From positions 224,001 to 288,000 of the forward strand of contig CAWEMM010000006.1 in the NCBI GenBank assembly GCA_963810095.1: a stretch of DNA of 64,000 nt. Direction: 5' to 3'. Under the pieces are notes generated by a model. It was not told the origin of the DNA. It worked only from the letters and a program-made list of their open reading frames with translations, and did no database searches. The position numbers were made by a program, and so were the translations under genes. Of this stretch, positions 63,049-64,000 are shown one piece after another. The first letter of the stretch is position 1. Every line of letters begins with the position of its first letter. Source of the stretch: an uncultured Chloroflexia bacterium (GTDB taxonomy: Bacteria > Chloroflexota > Anaerolineae > CG2-30-64-16).

Positions 63049-64000
63049 ATGCCAGAAAGGATTCTCGTCACCGGCGTCAACGGCTTCATCGCCGGCCACC
63101 TGGCCGAGCGGCTGCTGCGCGAGGGTTTTCACGTCAGGGGGACGGCCCGCCGGCCCGAGGCTGCTGCGCGGCTGGCCGCGCAAGGCGTCGAGGTCGTCCA
63201 AGCCGACCTGACGGACGTTGCAGCCTTGGAAAAAGCCGCCGCGGGCAGCAGTGCAATCGTCCACGCCGCGGCGTGGACCGGCGGGCCCGAAGTCGCCGCG
63301 GAGGTTGGCTACCAGGTCAATGTGGACGGCACGGCGAACATGCTGGCCGCCGCCCGGCGCAGCGGGGTCGACCGCCTTATCTACATCAGCAGCGTCGCCG
63401 TGTACGGGCGCAACCGTACGCCTGTCATCGACGAAACTGCCGCGACGCCGCGCGTGGGCCAGGCGTACCCCGACAGCAAGATTGTCGCCGAAGCCCTGGT
63501 GCGCGGCGCACAAGTCCCTTATGTCATCATTCGCCCCGCTTCCACCTACGGCCCGGGCGGCAGCGCGTGGACCCTGGGACCCGTCGAGAACATCAAGGCG
63601 GGGCGACTCGTGCTGCTGGGAAAGGACACGGGGCTGGTCACGCCGGGCTACATCGACAACGTCGTCGACGGGCTCCTCCTGGCGCTGGCCCGACCGGAGG
63701 CGCTCGGGGAGACGTTCAACCTGGCGGACGACCGGACGGTCACCTACCGCGAGTTCTACCTGGCCTATGCCCGCATGCTTGGGCATGACTCCCTCCCGAC
63801 CGTGCCGGGCATTGCCGCGCAGCTGGCCCGGTTTGGGCCGGCCCAGGTCATGCGACGGATGCTCGGGCGCCCGTCGGCCGGCCCCTGGTCGCTGCACTTC
63901 CGTTTCAACCCCTCACAGTTCAGCGTGGCGAAGGCCAAGCGCTTACTGGGCTATAGTCCGCAGGTGTCTTTCGAGGAAGGCATGCGCCGCACGGAGCAGT
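63049..64000 (+). CDS. NAD-dependent epimerase/dehydratase (extended SDR), truncated by the window end
   Basis: ILVTGVNGFIA, SSVAVYG, YPDSK, TYGPG; not in the ORF track because it has no stop in the window. Confidence 0.9.
   Translation, partial: MPERILVTGVNGFIAGHLAERLLREGFHVRGTARRPEAAARLAAQGVEVVQADLTDVAALEKAAAGSSAIVHAAAWTGGPEVAAEVGYQVNVDGTANMLAAARRSGVDRLIYISSVAVYGRNRTPVIDETAATPRVGQAYPDSKIVAEALVRGAQVPYVIIRPASTYGPGGSAWTLGPVENIKAGRLVLLGKDTGLVTPGYIDNVVDGLLLALARPEALGETFNLADDRTVTYREFYLAYARMLGHDSLPTVPGIAAQLARFGPAQVMRRMLGRPSAGPWSLHFRFNPSQFSVAKAKRLLGYSPQVSFEEGMRRTEQ

Overview
A GC-rich bacterial chromosomal segment. Gene content and style suggest Chloroflexota, probably Anaerolineae/Caldilineae-like (inference): Pro/Thr-rich SH3 lipoproteins, many GT-C membrane glycosyltransferases, and a DUF5666/DUF5667/ECF module. 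It holds about 48 protein genes. These include an SH3-lipoprotein/GT-C envelope cluster, GH43, rlmN, a ChlI/ChlD-type AAA+/vWA chelatase gene, dtd-ldh-moaDE-moaC, clpX-clpP-tig, mutL, a TetR-led beta-oxidation operon with an embedded NYN-LOTUS protein and a divergent ETF, two S1 genes, moeA, a tRNA nucleotidyltransferase, a canonical etfBA, and a second GT-C cluster (TMEM260/DUF2723, ILEI). About 20 frame breaks in otherwise intact genes indicate an indel-rich assembly. One break differs: in the chelatase gene it has the hallmarks of a programmed -1 ribosomal frameshift (A_AAA_AAA, 7-nt spacer, stem-loop). The window is also dense in palindromic elements: about 12 copies of an 8-nt-periodic inverted repeat, mostly just after stop codons, and 33-bp palindromes lying in frame inside genes. 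No rRNA, tRNA, CRISPR, IS or prophage was recognised. All calls are by eye from motifs; no database searches were run.
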